In this document: one piece after another, positions 26,560 through 39,450 of the stretch
Position numbering within the stretch: position 1 is the stretch's first letter
How the letters are laid out: the number at the start of each line of letters is the position of its first letter
Notes under the pieces: generated by a model
The model's input: the letters and a program-made list of their open reading frames with translations, nothing else
What the model was told of the DNA's origin: nothing
Database searches by the model: none
Made by a program: the position numbers and the translations under genes
Assembly: GCA_012295275.1 (NCBI GenBank)
Contig: CM022673.1
Coordinates: forward strand, 26,970,001 to 27,034,000
Direction of reading: 5' to 3'
Source: Chrysomallon squamiferum
Taxonomy: Eukaryota; Animalia; Mollusca
Length of the DNA: 64,000 bases

Positions 26560-26737
26560 GGACAGATATATATTTCAGTTATTAATTATTTATAAACAAA
26601 TGCAATAACATGGTTATGTGCTCATGTTATTGTTACTGTTTATTCCGACAAACTGTTGATCAGTAAACTCAAATGACTAAACAAAACGGCAATTAAGATA
26701 AATTTACTTTCGGAAATTGCCAGGAATGAAAAAAAAA

Positions 26738-26882
26738 GGCTGTGTACCCCTCTAATACATCTGACATTGAGGGTATTAGGTTCACGTCAAAAGAAATAGC
26801 TTCCAGCGAATGTAAAAGGCTATGAACCTTTATCATATTTGACATTGAAGGCATTAGGTTTACGTCAAAAGAAACAGTTTTA
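26738..26882. repeat. Two-copy ~79-bp tandem duplication
   Basis: tgacattga.gg.attaggtt.acgtcaaaagaaa.ag occurs at ~26762 and ~26840. Confidence 0.75.
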
Positions 26883-27107
26883 TAATTAAGATATGAAAGA
26901 ATAAATTTATGATTAATTTTCTCCAGCAGTAAATCTTTTGGGTGCACTTTAGGATAAATAGGTCAACACACACCGCGTTTTATTAATCAACAGTCTGAGG
27001 TCATCGACTTAAAAAGTAAAATGTTCATTAGAATATGACGAAATAGCGGAATACGAAATACTGGGAGTATATAAAAAAAAAATATTTTTTTTTAAATTCT
27101 TCTTTTT

Positions 27108-27144
<37 letters not shown>

Positions 27145-27651
27145 TTTTTCTTATTTTTTTCTTATTATATATATTTTTTTGTTTGTTTTTAAATCCACAT
27201 TTATCTGAACCAACCATGAATAATAGTTAAAAAAAAAAAAAATAATAAAATAAAACAAATAAAATTTAATAAAACAATGAAAAAACAACAACAAAAAACC
27301 CTCACAGTCCAAAAAAAAAAAAATAAATAAATAAATAAAAATAAAATAATAATAATAAGAAGAAGAATTTAAAAAATCCCAACAAATACACGAAACTCAT
27401 AAATTAATTTTATTTTAAAACTAACAAGATGTACACAAACTGTCATGAGTTTACACAATAAATCTTTTCTGCTTTTCCTCAAAGAATTTTTCAGCACAGC
27501 TTGTTCTAACAAAACGACAACAACAATATGTCTTCTTTTGTTGATAAAACTCTACTTAATCTGCAAAGAAACAAAACTGATTAGGGCTTGTTCTTGTACA
27601 CGTTCATGAAATATAGTCGCTCTGTATACACAGAAACACATGTTCTGCCTA

Positions 27652-27744
<93 letters not shown>

Positions 27745-28805
27745 CAATCAGTCAGCAAATCCATATACACAGAGACAGAGATGATCTATGCATCTCTTAC
27801 TCTGACGTTCTCTCTCTCTCTCTCTGCATTTCTATCGCTTTATCTTTCTCTCACTATCGTGTTAGTAAATCTTGAATGTTTATGTGTTGTTGTTGTTGTT
27901 TATTATTATTATTATTAATGCTGAGTATATCTGAAACAAGAGAACAATGAATCAGCTTTGGCTGGAAATGTCACTGACCATCACCACCAGTGACCAGTGC
28001 TTTACAAAAACGAATCACGCGCCTGAAAGATTCTATTCAGTAACACACCAGCGAGCAATCACACAGGTAATTTAACCAGCTTAGCCGTAATGAAAGGATT
28101 TTTCGTATTTCTGACGATGTAAACCATATCTATCCGCTACAAACGACAATCACAGGTCAAGCGTGCCTGACGAGTACAAGGTCAGTAACACCTGGACAAA
28201 GAACAACAATGACAGGAGCAAAGAATATATATCTCAGATAAAATTATTTCCATTTAACACGATCGACGGATCTCCGAAATTTCGTACGTAAATAAAGTAT
28301 GCGATTTCCCCACTCGGTTGTAAAAGTAAACACAACAGACGAAGTAAGGAGAATGCAGACTGTACACAGTGATATAATCAATCGTTTGATAATGATAACG
28401 AAAAGATGCTCGAGTTAGTCGTGTCAGTTTTAAATACAATTTCCTATTTCATTGCTGTAATTTTTTTTTTTTTTTTTTTTTTTTACGTCCTAAAAAAATC
28501 TGAAAAACAAACAACCATGCATGATCGACTGTTATAGTACCTTTCACAAAGCCATGTCAAATTAAGGCCTATTTTTATTTTGATTCATATTTATTAGTAA
28601 GTAGTAAAGGATGATTTTCAAAACGATCTTCATTTTGACGCATACGAAACATATTTTGGATGTTTGTTATTTTCAACAAAGGTGTCATCAATAAAAAAAA
28701 ACACAAAAACAAAAAAAAATAACAAAAACAAATCCGTAAATCTCATGTATTATATAATTACTGTCTTGTCGGCGTGTAAAACTGTAATCTGATAAAAACT
28801 TGTAT

Positions 28806-30202
28806 TTAACTTGAATACTTCACCTCTTTGTTAAAGTCATAGTCAGTTCCTTGCGGACTGCTCACAGTCACCGTCACTTGCTGAGAGCCGCGCATCGACT
28901 TAACCCGTGAGCCGTCCGCCTCACCCTGGACACGCCCACTTTGATAACCAGCTGCCTCTGCCGCGTTGCTGCGTGGTCTTCTTCCAGGAGCACACGACGA
29001 CGACGTCTCCGCAGCGTCAGAAATCCCGGGCTGAAGAACGTCGTCGACGTTCATGTCATTGGCCGTATGAGACAGTATTGGAACTTTAACGAGTCCTGAG
29101 GCTTCAGGCGAAGACGACAACGGCAAGACGCAGTTACAGCCTCGTTCGTCCGACTCCATCAGACTGGAGTCGGTGTTCATCTCGCCGACGATGTCGGACA
29201 ACGCGCACTTGATGAGGTCAACGATGTCGCTGAGCGACAGAATGTTTCCGTACAGGTCCGAGAAATTGTGGTTCTTTTGCAAAGGAAGCATAGCGAGATG
29301 CTGTGCGACGCTTTCCAGGCTCTGGTCGTTTATCACGTCCGCCTCGATGTCCGACTTGACCTCCTCCAGGACGTCCACGAGCGAAGAACGTCCGAGCAGC
29401 AAGCACCCGTCCGCCGGACTGTTAGTCTTTGAGTCCGTCAACGTTTGCTTAACGGTTCGGCTTTCCGAGATATCACGCGTCAGTAACTCCAAGTTGTCGC
29501 TGCTCAGTCGGCCCTGTTTGACGTTGGTTATTGTTTTGTTTATCACTTCCACGCCGATCTCGTGCACGGCAGACGGACTGAAGGTCGACGAAGAAGAAAA
29601 AGACGACGACGTTGTTGTTGTTGTTTCCTGCTGACGTTCCGCGCAGATCTGGGTTTTGTCGTCCAGAACGGGTTTCGGTTCGTCCGAACTGCAGTTGTTG
29701 TTCCTGTCGCTGACGATGGACACCGTCAGAGCCGTCAGATCGGTCTCTTCGACGAATCCCGATTTGACGTCGTCGAGAATTCGTCCGAGGGTGAACTGCA
29801 CGAGGTCGTTGATGGCGTGCCTCGACGACAGGTGCCTCAGGTGAGTTTCCGAGCCGTCGCTTCGAAACCGAGGCTTGTCCTCGGAGAACGGCGGGACGTC
29901 CATGAACGACGCCAGCCTGAGAATTTCGCTCTTGTTCAAGTGGCAGACGTTGATGTCGTTCAGCAGACGCAGCAGCAGCGACTTCACCAGCCCCGTCTTC
30001 GTGTACCTGGCCTCGCTGTCGTCGTCGTCGAAGACGAACGGGGTGTCGGCCATCTCGAAGGGGACGGGGGAGGGGACTGGGGTCACGTGGTGCTCGGTGA
30101 CGGGTTTCAGGCTCAGCGTGTCCAGTCCCAGCTCGTCCGCGGAGTCCGGGGTGGGAATCATGGCGTCGTCAAAACTGAACCTCACTGAGCGTCTCCTGGC
30201 CC
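28806..30202 (-). CDS. Gene B large exon: uncharacterised protein with RVxF-like motif and internal helical repeats
   Basis: ~465-codon GC-rich open frame in AT-rich DNA; acceptor gtatttacag ending at 30203 gives phase 1 GARRRSVRFSFDDAM...; stop at 28806. A possible donor GAG|GTGAAG near 28823 leaves the true 3' end uncertain. Confidence 0.85.
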
Positions 30203-30300
30203 CTGTAAATACACCGTGAAATTCAGCTCACGTAGATCAGTACATCTCAGATACATCCATACAGCTTTCAGATAAACATACACGTCCACTCACAAGTACA

Positions 30301-30349
<49 letters not shown>

Positions 30350-30846
30350 GCAGACGCACGCATATACTCCAAAACACAAGCAGACACATACAAACACCCA
30401 CACAGATACAAACAGGCCTTAATTCATTATGAAGATAAAACCTATATCAGCGATGTCTGCTTTCAGATAAATAAACAAAAATATTTCAAATACGTTGCCC
30501 ATTGACTAAAATTGTATTAATAACAAAAAAAAAAAAAAAAAAAAACCCCCACATCCCAGATAAGATTTTTTAATCAAAATTACTTTTTGTCAAACCTACT
30601 CTTACCCTACAATATTGGTTTATAGGTAACTGTTTTATTATTCTTTTCATGAAGACACAACATCCAAAAGTGTTAATGCATTATTCAACAAATTAAATCT
30701 TTCTCTTTTTAAAAATTGTTTGAAAAAAAAAAAAATTATATTGACTAAAACTACAAAATAAGTGCACAGTGCAAAAACGAAGCTGCAGAATCAGACATGA
30801 CGTAGAAAGCTGACGCGTTATAACATGAAATGTTTTCTGTGTCTAC

Positions 30847-30972
30847 CATAAATCTTTAGACCTTCTTTAGGGGTGATGCACGTCTCAGCAGCTGCAGCTG
30901 TCACAAGTTCATCGTCAGTCCCCGTGTCAGGACTTTCTGACCCTCCACCCTCGTACGGGTACTCCATCATTT
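30847..30972 (-). CDS. Gene B internal exon (E)MMEYPYEGGGSESPDTGTDDELVTAAAAETCITPKEGLKIY
   Basis: Strong acceptor tttgttttttcag; 126 nt, phase 1-1; donor G|GTAGAC (alternative in-phase donor would end the exon at 30862); joins in frame to the 30202 exon. Confidence 0.75.
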
Positions 30973-33164
30973 CTGAAAAAACAAACAAACAAATAAACAA
31001 ATAAACAACACGTTTAATTTAGAGAAAATAATAACAATGATTGTATTAGCTAGCTAGCTCTCTCTCTGTATTTAGCTCTCTATAATCTCTCTCTCTGTCT
31101 CTGTCTATATATATCTCTCTGTACATGTGTTTGTGTATATACACAAACACACAGACACACACATATGTACATGTGTTTGTTTTATATCAATCATCCATCC
31201 ATCCATCCATCCATCCATCCATCCATATATATATATATAAATATATATATACATAAATACATATATCGATACATACATTGATACATACATAAACATAAAT
31301 ACATACACACACTGGCAGATGCATTGATACATACATATATACATACATACATTTATACATCTTTTGTCCATGTTTAGCGCTGTGTTTATACAATATAAAA
31401 ATCCACCAATAAACTCATGCACTTGCACAATACAGCTACATTACATGCATAGAATGCTAACAGTTGCAGCTAAATGCGGTAAGAAACCAGAACAACGTTC
31501 ATGCGTAGACAGACAAACCAAAACAAATAAGTCTACGATTTCTGAAACTTTAAAAAAAAATTTATTTATTAAAAGAATTTATTTATTTATTTTGTCTCAT
31601 TGTAAAATTTTGCTCACTTTATAGAATGAAAAAATAAATTTGAAACCATATTAAAGAATGAAAATATAAATTTGAAACTAACTGTATGTGTGTGTGTGTG
31701 AGAGAGATATCAAATGCGAATTAGATATCCAAAATAGTGTTCACAATATTTTTGTTCAAATATATATCGAAAAGTTGAATGAAGTCAAAAAAAAACAGGA
31801 TATGTTAAATCTATAATTACAGCAAATTAAACAAAAACACGATTTCCTTTCAGACTTAATACACAGTCAACATTTGTCTCAGCGACTGATAGAAGACGAC
31901 AAAGAACAAACAAAAGCTTCACACTGCTGTGTGATCTTGCTGTTAACTTTTCATTGCAGCTGCTTTGCAGTTTAGATCACTAGATAAACGACAAGTTCGG
32001 TTTCTTCTGTATAGCGTTGTTGAACAAGTCAAAAACTGTCTGTTCTCGTTAGAACTAAAACAAGCTTTTCACTAAAACTCTTATTACATTAATCTCAATA
32101 TTCTAGCATATTAAAGTGTTTAAAATCAACTCATATTTCGTTTGCCTATGAATTCATTATGTTATATATAAAACAGTTCGCTTTTTCTTTTTTTTTTTTC
32201 AAGTATAACTTAAAGAGTAATAAGGAAGTTCTATAATAATTTCTTTTCTACAAACTTCCAGCTGAGCCTTTTGATAGAAGTTTTATGCTGTCGATAATGT
32301 AAGAATATAACCATCATTTCAGAGCAGTGCAAGAAAAACATTGTCACGTTTTTTGTAATATTCAAGTTTGTAATCAGTTCAGTATGCAAAACGTCATATT
32401 GTCAAAATATTCACATCCTTACAGGAATCCTTGTTTGAAATACAACTGGGACTCAGATATGCAAAAACAAGAAAACAGGAGAGTTTGTTTAACCAGCAGT
32501 TTTACCTCAACTAAGACAAACATTAGAGCTGTGGCAGCTATTTGAGATATTTAACCTATGTCGAACATCATCATCCTAAGTAATAATAATAATTCAGCTC
32601 GTTAAGTACTGTTAATGTTTGGAATCTGTTATAAAACTGTTTATTTTCGTCAAGGGAAAAAAACCCATCAGTATTTCTAGTGAATGTTATCATTTAAAGG
32701 ATTTTTATTTTTGTGATTTCATTGAGAATGTATGTTGACAGCCCATTACTCGAAAACCGAAAGCCATTTAATAATTTTTTTAAATAAATTTATAAATAAG
32801 TAAGACACCTAATATTTATTTTATTTATTTTTGTTTATTTATTTTTGTTGTTTTTGTTGTTGTTGTTATTATTATTATTATTATGATTATTATTACTACT
32901 ACTACTACTACTACTACTCCTACTATTATTATTATTATTTCATTATTACTTCATTATTACTTCATTATTAGTTCATCTTATTTTAATATAAGACAGTCTA
33001 TATGCTACAGGAAATATGTATAATTCCTGAAAATGTCAGAAAATGTGTAAATTCTTATTCACTCAAGACTCTGACAATGCAGAGACTTCAAGTAGATCAT
33101 CCTCTGACTGCAGTCGATGGAGAATTTGATAACAGACGCCAGATGAAGACAGACCAGTGCAAAA

Positions 33165-33330
33165 ACCAGAACCCAACACCAGAAATCAACACCAGAACTC
33201 AACACCAGAACTCAACACCAGAACGCAACAGCAGAAATCAACACCAGAAGGCAACACCAGAACACAACACCAGATCCTAACACCAGAAATCAACACCAGA
33301 ACGCAACACCAGAAATCAACACCAGCACGC
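33165..33330. repeat. 13-bp minisatellite (accagaaatcaac variants), ~12 copies
   Basis: Repeated accagaa[a/c][t/g]caac units; explains ORFs 33157..33429 and 33186..33398. Confidence 0.9.
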
Positions 33331-33999
33331 AAATGGGGAACACTTGATTCCACTGTGAAGAGTGGAGATCTACTGAAACTCAACAAATCTGAGTCCAACT
33401 GTCCACTCAGTTGTACCCTCGTCTCCTAACCATCAAACAGCCGAGTCCTTAGTGTCACAATTCGCTCTTTCTATGGACCGTCAGTTCCGTGGATGCCTAG
33501 CTTTCCTATGAAAATCAGGCCATCTTACTTTCAATTCAGTAATTACAAACACATTTTCTGAAATTTTCAAGATTTTTTACATTTTTCATGATAATAAATT
33601 TTTCCTGTGACATATTTATGTTCAGTAGAAATTATGCATTTTCATGTTAGTTTAGTTTGTATATCGATAACACAAGCCTGATATTTTTAAAATATCATTT
33701 AATGTTGTTGGTTCTTTTTGTTTGTGCTACACGATAAGGCCCGCGGTTCTTACAAAACACGTGTATAAACCGCAATGCAGCCACGTGACATTCCTAGAGT
33801 TACAGGCGTATCTTGCTTTGCTAATGTTATCCACAAGCATCGAAATGTTTTCCATATAAATAAATGTCTGTTATCTGTTATGTATACATTTTTCACATAT
33901 TACATCATGCATGCATGCTCAGTGCTTATATTTAGGGTTACTAACAACAAAATATTTCTGAAATCAGTTTTATGCTAGTACTACTACTACTACTACTAT

Positions 34000-34037
<38 letters not shown>

Positions 34038-35266
34038 ATAATAATAATAACAATAATAAATAAATAAATAAATAAACTGAACTACTAATAAACTAAAATA
34101 ACAGAACCAGAATAAAGCAGTTATCTAAAGCTCGCGAATTTACCGGATTTAAAACGATGGGAATTTGTGTTTTTGGTGGGGTTTTTTGAATCTCAAATAA
34201 CTCCTTTTTACAACTGTCGAGCCACTGTTTTGTTACGATTTCGTCCTATTTGTTCACTTCAGTATTCTCTAGACGTTACAAAAAATTAAAAAATATAAAA
34301 ATAATAATATATCGTTGTTTAACTGACTAATGTTAAAGCAATATTTTCTAAAATACAAATTCTTTCATAGCACCATTGTAATTGGTTATATTTACTTTCT
34401 CTCTGTATATAATATTTTTATCGTTATTTTACCATTGCTAACTAACTACATACAGCTCTGGAAACAACTATGATATTCAAGGTCGAAAAACAAAGCTAAA
34501 TAAATAAATATATTAGAAGAGTTCAGAAAGGTAAATAACTTTTGTATGGAACTGAGATAAATCCTTGGACAAGACTACAGTTTTATCAGCGCCTTTGTTA
34601 AATATGTCTGGGCTATTTTATAAAGTATCATTAACCTTCGCTAAATCTGTATTAATGGCGATATAATTCTGTCAAATTGATTTTCTGATAATAAAGTTAT
34701 TATTTTTATCGTTAACTCACATCCTTTTAAAAGATGTAATTTATGAAGCCAGACTGACTCAAGTCTCAAGTTAAATGATGATACCGATGTATGTGTTTTG
34801 CACATCTCTACGTTTGTAGGCATAAGTGTACTTATATTTGCCTATATGTAAGTGTGTTTGTGTAGTATGTGTATATGTATATGTAGACGTAGAAGTGTGT
34901 GTTTATATATATGTAAGTATGTGTGTGCATATACAATGTATATGTGTGTTTGTGTCTATATATGTATATAATATGTGTGTGTGTGTATATATATATATTT
35001 ATGTATGTATGTATGTGTGTGTGTCTGTATATACATTTTTGTGCAAGTAAATACTGTATGTGTATACGTATGTGTGTATGTATGTGTTTGTATGGATATC
35101 GTCTGCGTATTTGTTATTGTCCATTCGTCTTTCTGTCCATCCGTACATACACGTAGATGTATATGTGTGTGTGCGTGTGTGCGTGTGCGTGTGCGTGTGC
35201 GTGTGCGTGTGTGTGTGTTAAAGAATTAATTTGCTTACTGACTCCTTTTTTCTCTCCAGAGCGGGA

Positions 35267-35643
35267 TCGTTTAGAGGATTCGCCTTGAAGCATTTGTAGA
35301 TATGCTGGATAGATTTCCTAAAATATACAACAGTAACATCCACATTAAAACAAAACTGAACATATTCGTTTAGAAGATTCGCCTTGAAGCATTTGTAGAT
35401 ATGCTGGATAGATTTCCTAAAATATACAACAGTAACATCCACATTAAAACAAAACTGAACATATTTTTAGAAGATTCCATTTGTAGATATGGATAGATTT
35501 CCTAAAATATACAACATAACATCCAAAAAACAAAACTGAACATATTCGTTTAGAGGATTCGCCTTGAAGCATTTGTAGATATGCTGGATATATTTCCTAA
35601 AATATACAACAGTAACATCCACATTAAAACAAAATTGAACATG
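35267..35643. repeat. 99-bp tandem repeat, ~4 copies (third copy with deletions)
   Basis: tcgtttaga.gattcgccttgaagcatttgtagatatgctggatagatttcctaaaatatacaacagtaacatccacattaaaacaaaactgaacatat starting at 35267, 35366, ~35465 and 35546. Confidence 0.95.
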
Positions 35644-38060
35644 TTCTTTTCGCTATAATTCGAATTAAAGTTTACTCGATGAAAATAAGATTTGTTTTTG
35701 GATTCCGTATATAACTTCATAATCCAAAAGTGACAACCATTTATTATTCACAGTCCCTTATTCTTTGGTCTGCCGTCAATTTTCATTTGTTTTTTCTGTT
35801 TTGTTTTGTTTTTGTTGTTGTTGTTTTTCTTTTATTGTTGTTGTTATTTTATTTATGTAGATATACTCTGTTCTGTACGTTAATTCCTCCTTTTGCTTGA
35901 TAAATCCAGGAAGGGTCATTGTTCTTGAAAAAACGTGGGCAAAAATCTTATTTAACAAACCAGAAAGATCTTTAGCTATACAATTTTAGTTCTTTCCTTT
36001 CTACTTGTTTTTTTTTTTTTTTTTTTTTTTTTTTGTTCTTCTTCTTCTTCTTCTCTTTTTTTATCCATTTACGAAAAATGCAGACTTAAAATTACGTCGA
36101 TGCAAACCGCTATTAAATCATTCATGAGTGTCGTGCGTTCTGGCTACAGAAACACGAATACAGCAGATCAGAATGTCAGACCTAAGTAATCAAGTTTGAT
36201 TTATTTCTGCGTGCCTGAACTTCCTACAGAAAACGAGATACAAAGGAGGACCATCAATCAGAAGCGGAATACGTCGAGTGTGCTGTGTCGCAGCCGACAG
36301 AACTATTAGCAACAACTACGACAAATGACGAGCTGGAATGTTTTTAACCTTTACTATTTGTTATCGTTATGATCGTTATCATTGTCATTACTGCATTTCG
36401 TATCATTATCGTTGAATTAAATCTTTGTTATCATCATCATCATCATCATTATTACATTTATTGTTGTTGTCATCATATCGTCATCATCACTACATATATA
36501 TTATTACTATTACTACGACAACTACTACGACTATGACCACGGCTATTTTAGCTTCATTGTTATCACTGGTTAAGTTAAGCTCTTTGCTGTATAAGTAAAC
36601 AGCTTTCAATAACATTTTATTTCTTGTTAATTATTGCTATTCATCTTCTGCTTATATTTCTAATTATTATTCGAGCTTTCTTTATTTCATTTTTTCTTCG
36701 TATAATTTAATAACTACAACAACAACTACTACTACTACCACTACTATTTCTACTACTACTACTACTACTATTATTATATAAAAATTAATAATAATTTTTT
36801 TTTGTGGTTTTTCTTCTTCTTCTTCTTCTCAGAATGTCTTCGTTTCATTAATTTTGTTTTTGCGTTATTAAAACAACCGTTCTGAATACTACTTGCAGAC
36901 AAATACAATAGAGTTAAGCCTTTCTTCTGTTGTCTTTTGTTGGGTTTTTTCCGTAAGTTTTTCTATATATTCCCTAGACCTTCTACATACGTGCATACAG
37001 TGGGAGCCAAATTCCAGTCAAAAATTATTTTCTTTGGACCAGACTGGATTGAGATCTCTTGATAGATATACGAATACACAACACCAGGAATTTCTAGTCT
37101 TTTTTCTTCTTTTTTTTTTTTTTTTGGCTGTTCTTATTATTTTATTACCTTGCATCATTAGATCGGTTACAGATTTAACGATAAACACAGGGATATGCAA
37201 GATGAAAAGATAACACCAAATCGCTAGATCAGAAATACTGCCAGGTTTCTTCCGTGTCAAAGTAACCGAACCGTTTGCTTTTTATTCCGTGAATATTGTT
37301 TTATATTCTACGATCATTTCTTTAATTTTTTTAAATTTTTCTTTTTGTTTCCCTTGTTTTTACAAAACAGTATCCCCTAAGACGTTAACAATTTATTGAA
37401 TATTTAATGTTAAAGATAAAAAAATCCGATATTGTTGTTTGATTCTTCATATTCAAGATGTCTAAAAGGAACTAGTACTAGCATTGGCAGCAGCTGGACT
37501 TGATGTTGTTGTTGTTGTTGTTGTTGTAGAGTAAGTAGCAATAGCAGTAACAACAGAACTACCGCAGTAGTAGTTGAATATGATAAAGTTAACGGTTGTG
37601 ATTATGGTGATGATGACGTCAATCAAATTGATGGCATTGATGATCATGACGTTGTTGATGATGATGGCCCTGAAGGCACATTTGATCCATTTGATAAAAA
37701 TGAGATATTAAACTGACTTATTACTTTAATTCTGAAATCAAGCTCAAACAGTTGAGAGATAAATTTTTATCTAAATATTTTCTAGAATGTTTATCTACTT
37801 GCGTTTCCATCAGCTGTCACAAACAGTTTAGTTTTTGCTGGCACATTCAAACTCATTATAAGGTAATAAGGAACAGCAATCATCTGAGATCGCGTATAGA
37901 AAAACCAAAATACGATTATATAAACAAAATATCCCTTTTTCTCGCAGTTAACGCGGATTTCATTCGTTTATCCTTTCTCTCTAACAGTTAACGCGGATTT
38001 CAATCAACGGGCAAATCGATCACCACAACTTTTATCACAAATGGTTATTACATAACTCAC

Positions 38061-38109
38061 CGTGCATTTTGTTCAAGACTGCCAAACAATATTGATTTAT
38101 AGATAATAA
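38061..38109 (-). CDS. Gene B candidate 49-nt exon (LLSINQYCLAVLNKMH), containing an alternative start ATG
   Basis: Acceptor tatttttctag, strong donor CG|GTGAGT; stop-free phase 0-1, bridging the 49012 and 30972 exons; CAAAATG context gives an M-H-E-M-M-E start. Confidence 0.55.
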
Positions 38110-38243
38110 CTAGAAAAATAATTTTAAACAGAATTGCTTAGTTCTCAGATTTTTTTTTTTTTTTTAATTATGGTTCACATGTTCAAATAAACGATATGTA
38201 CCCTTATACGCCCAAACACCTATAGAGATTCAGAGATAGGCAT

Positions 38244-38395
<152 letters not shown>

Positions 38396-39266
38396 GGACA
38401 GCGAGGAGAGAGAGAGCGAGAGAGAGTAGATTCGCTAAGTATCACTTTAAAACGGATTTTTAAAAAGCTGTTTCCTCTCTACGAAGAGTCATGTTAGGTT
38501 GACGCAATTTCGAGAAACCGATTTTCTGACAACCTCTGAAAGTCGATGACAAGAAAAAAGCTAAAACTATTCAAACCACTCTTATAAACTTAATTTAGAC
38601 GTACATACACAATGCTGAAACCACCACTTCGTATTTAGTAAACATTTTCCTTTTTTGTTTTACTTACAAAATATATTTTAGGCAATAAATCCATTTATTA
38701 TTACAGCTGATTAACGTGATTTCGATATACGTGGTAATGTGGGTGGATTAATTAATCAAGAATATGACTTTAATTAATTTCAACCACCGAATAACAAATA
38801 TATTTGTGTATCGTGACGCGGGGTCAGGTTTAGAAAATAATTAAATGGCCGACTAAGCAGTTGGTCATCGAATTACTCTTTTATCTCAATTCTCTTGAGA
38901 TTTTTTTTTTTTTTAAAATTACTATTAATACCCATTTGCAAAGCTTAATGGTTATGCCGTCAAACATAAAACGTACAATCAAAACAAAGAGACGTTTACT
39001 GTGGGGTTTTGTAAATTCAGGCTGAATGAATGTGGCTGTTGAGAAATCAAAAACAAAACAAAAAAAACATACAAATTGTCAACGTTTACTTCTGACAAGC
39101 ATCAGTTTATCGCGGTTAATTTCCCTTGACGTACAAAAACACCCAACTGATGTTTTTTTCTTTTTTTTTTTTTTTTTTTTTTTTTGTATAATTTTATTTA
39201 TTTATTTTACCTGTTAATGCTGCAGAACTAGACAAACAGATATCTGAATTGATTAATACTACTTAC

Positions 39267-39450
39267 CACGCACCAGATGAAGAGGCAGGATATTGGTTAC
39301 ACACACAACATTTACGTTAACGAAAAAAACCGATCGGCTATGTATTCCTTTATCTATGCCGATATGCTTTCCACCGGAAACCGTTGCTGCTGTGGCTGAC
39401 GTTGTTGTTACGAATTTCACAAACAAAGCTGTTTTTTTGTTGTTTTTTTC
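39267..39450 (-). other. Candidate non-coding alternative first exon of gene B
   Basis: Donor TG|GTAAGT at 39266 ending a CpG-containing unique stretch; no ORF reaches the donor. 5' end unknown. Confidence 0.35.

Noticed and set aside
27480-27560. Possible extra terminal exon of gene B (minus-strand acceptor tttctttgcag near 27561)
   Set aside because: Would add only IK-stop or a short peptide depending on a weak donor; cannot be distinguished from the in-exon stop at 28806 without RNA data.
29173-30219. Long + strand ORFs (153, 208 and 114 aa) opposite gene B
   Set aside because: Expected antisense shadows of a GC-rich coding exon; no splice or start support and low-complexity translations.
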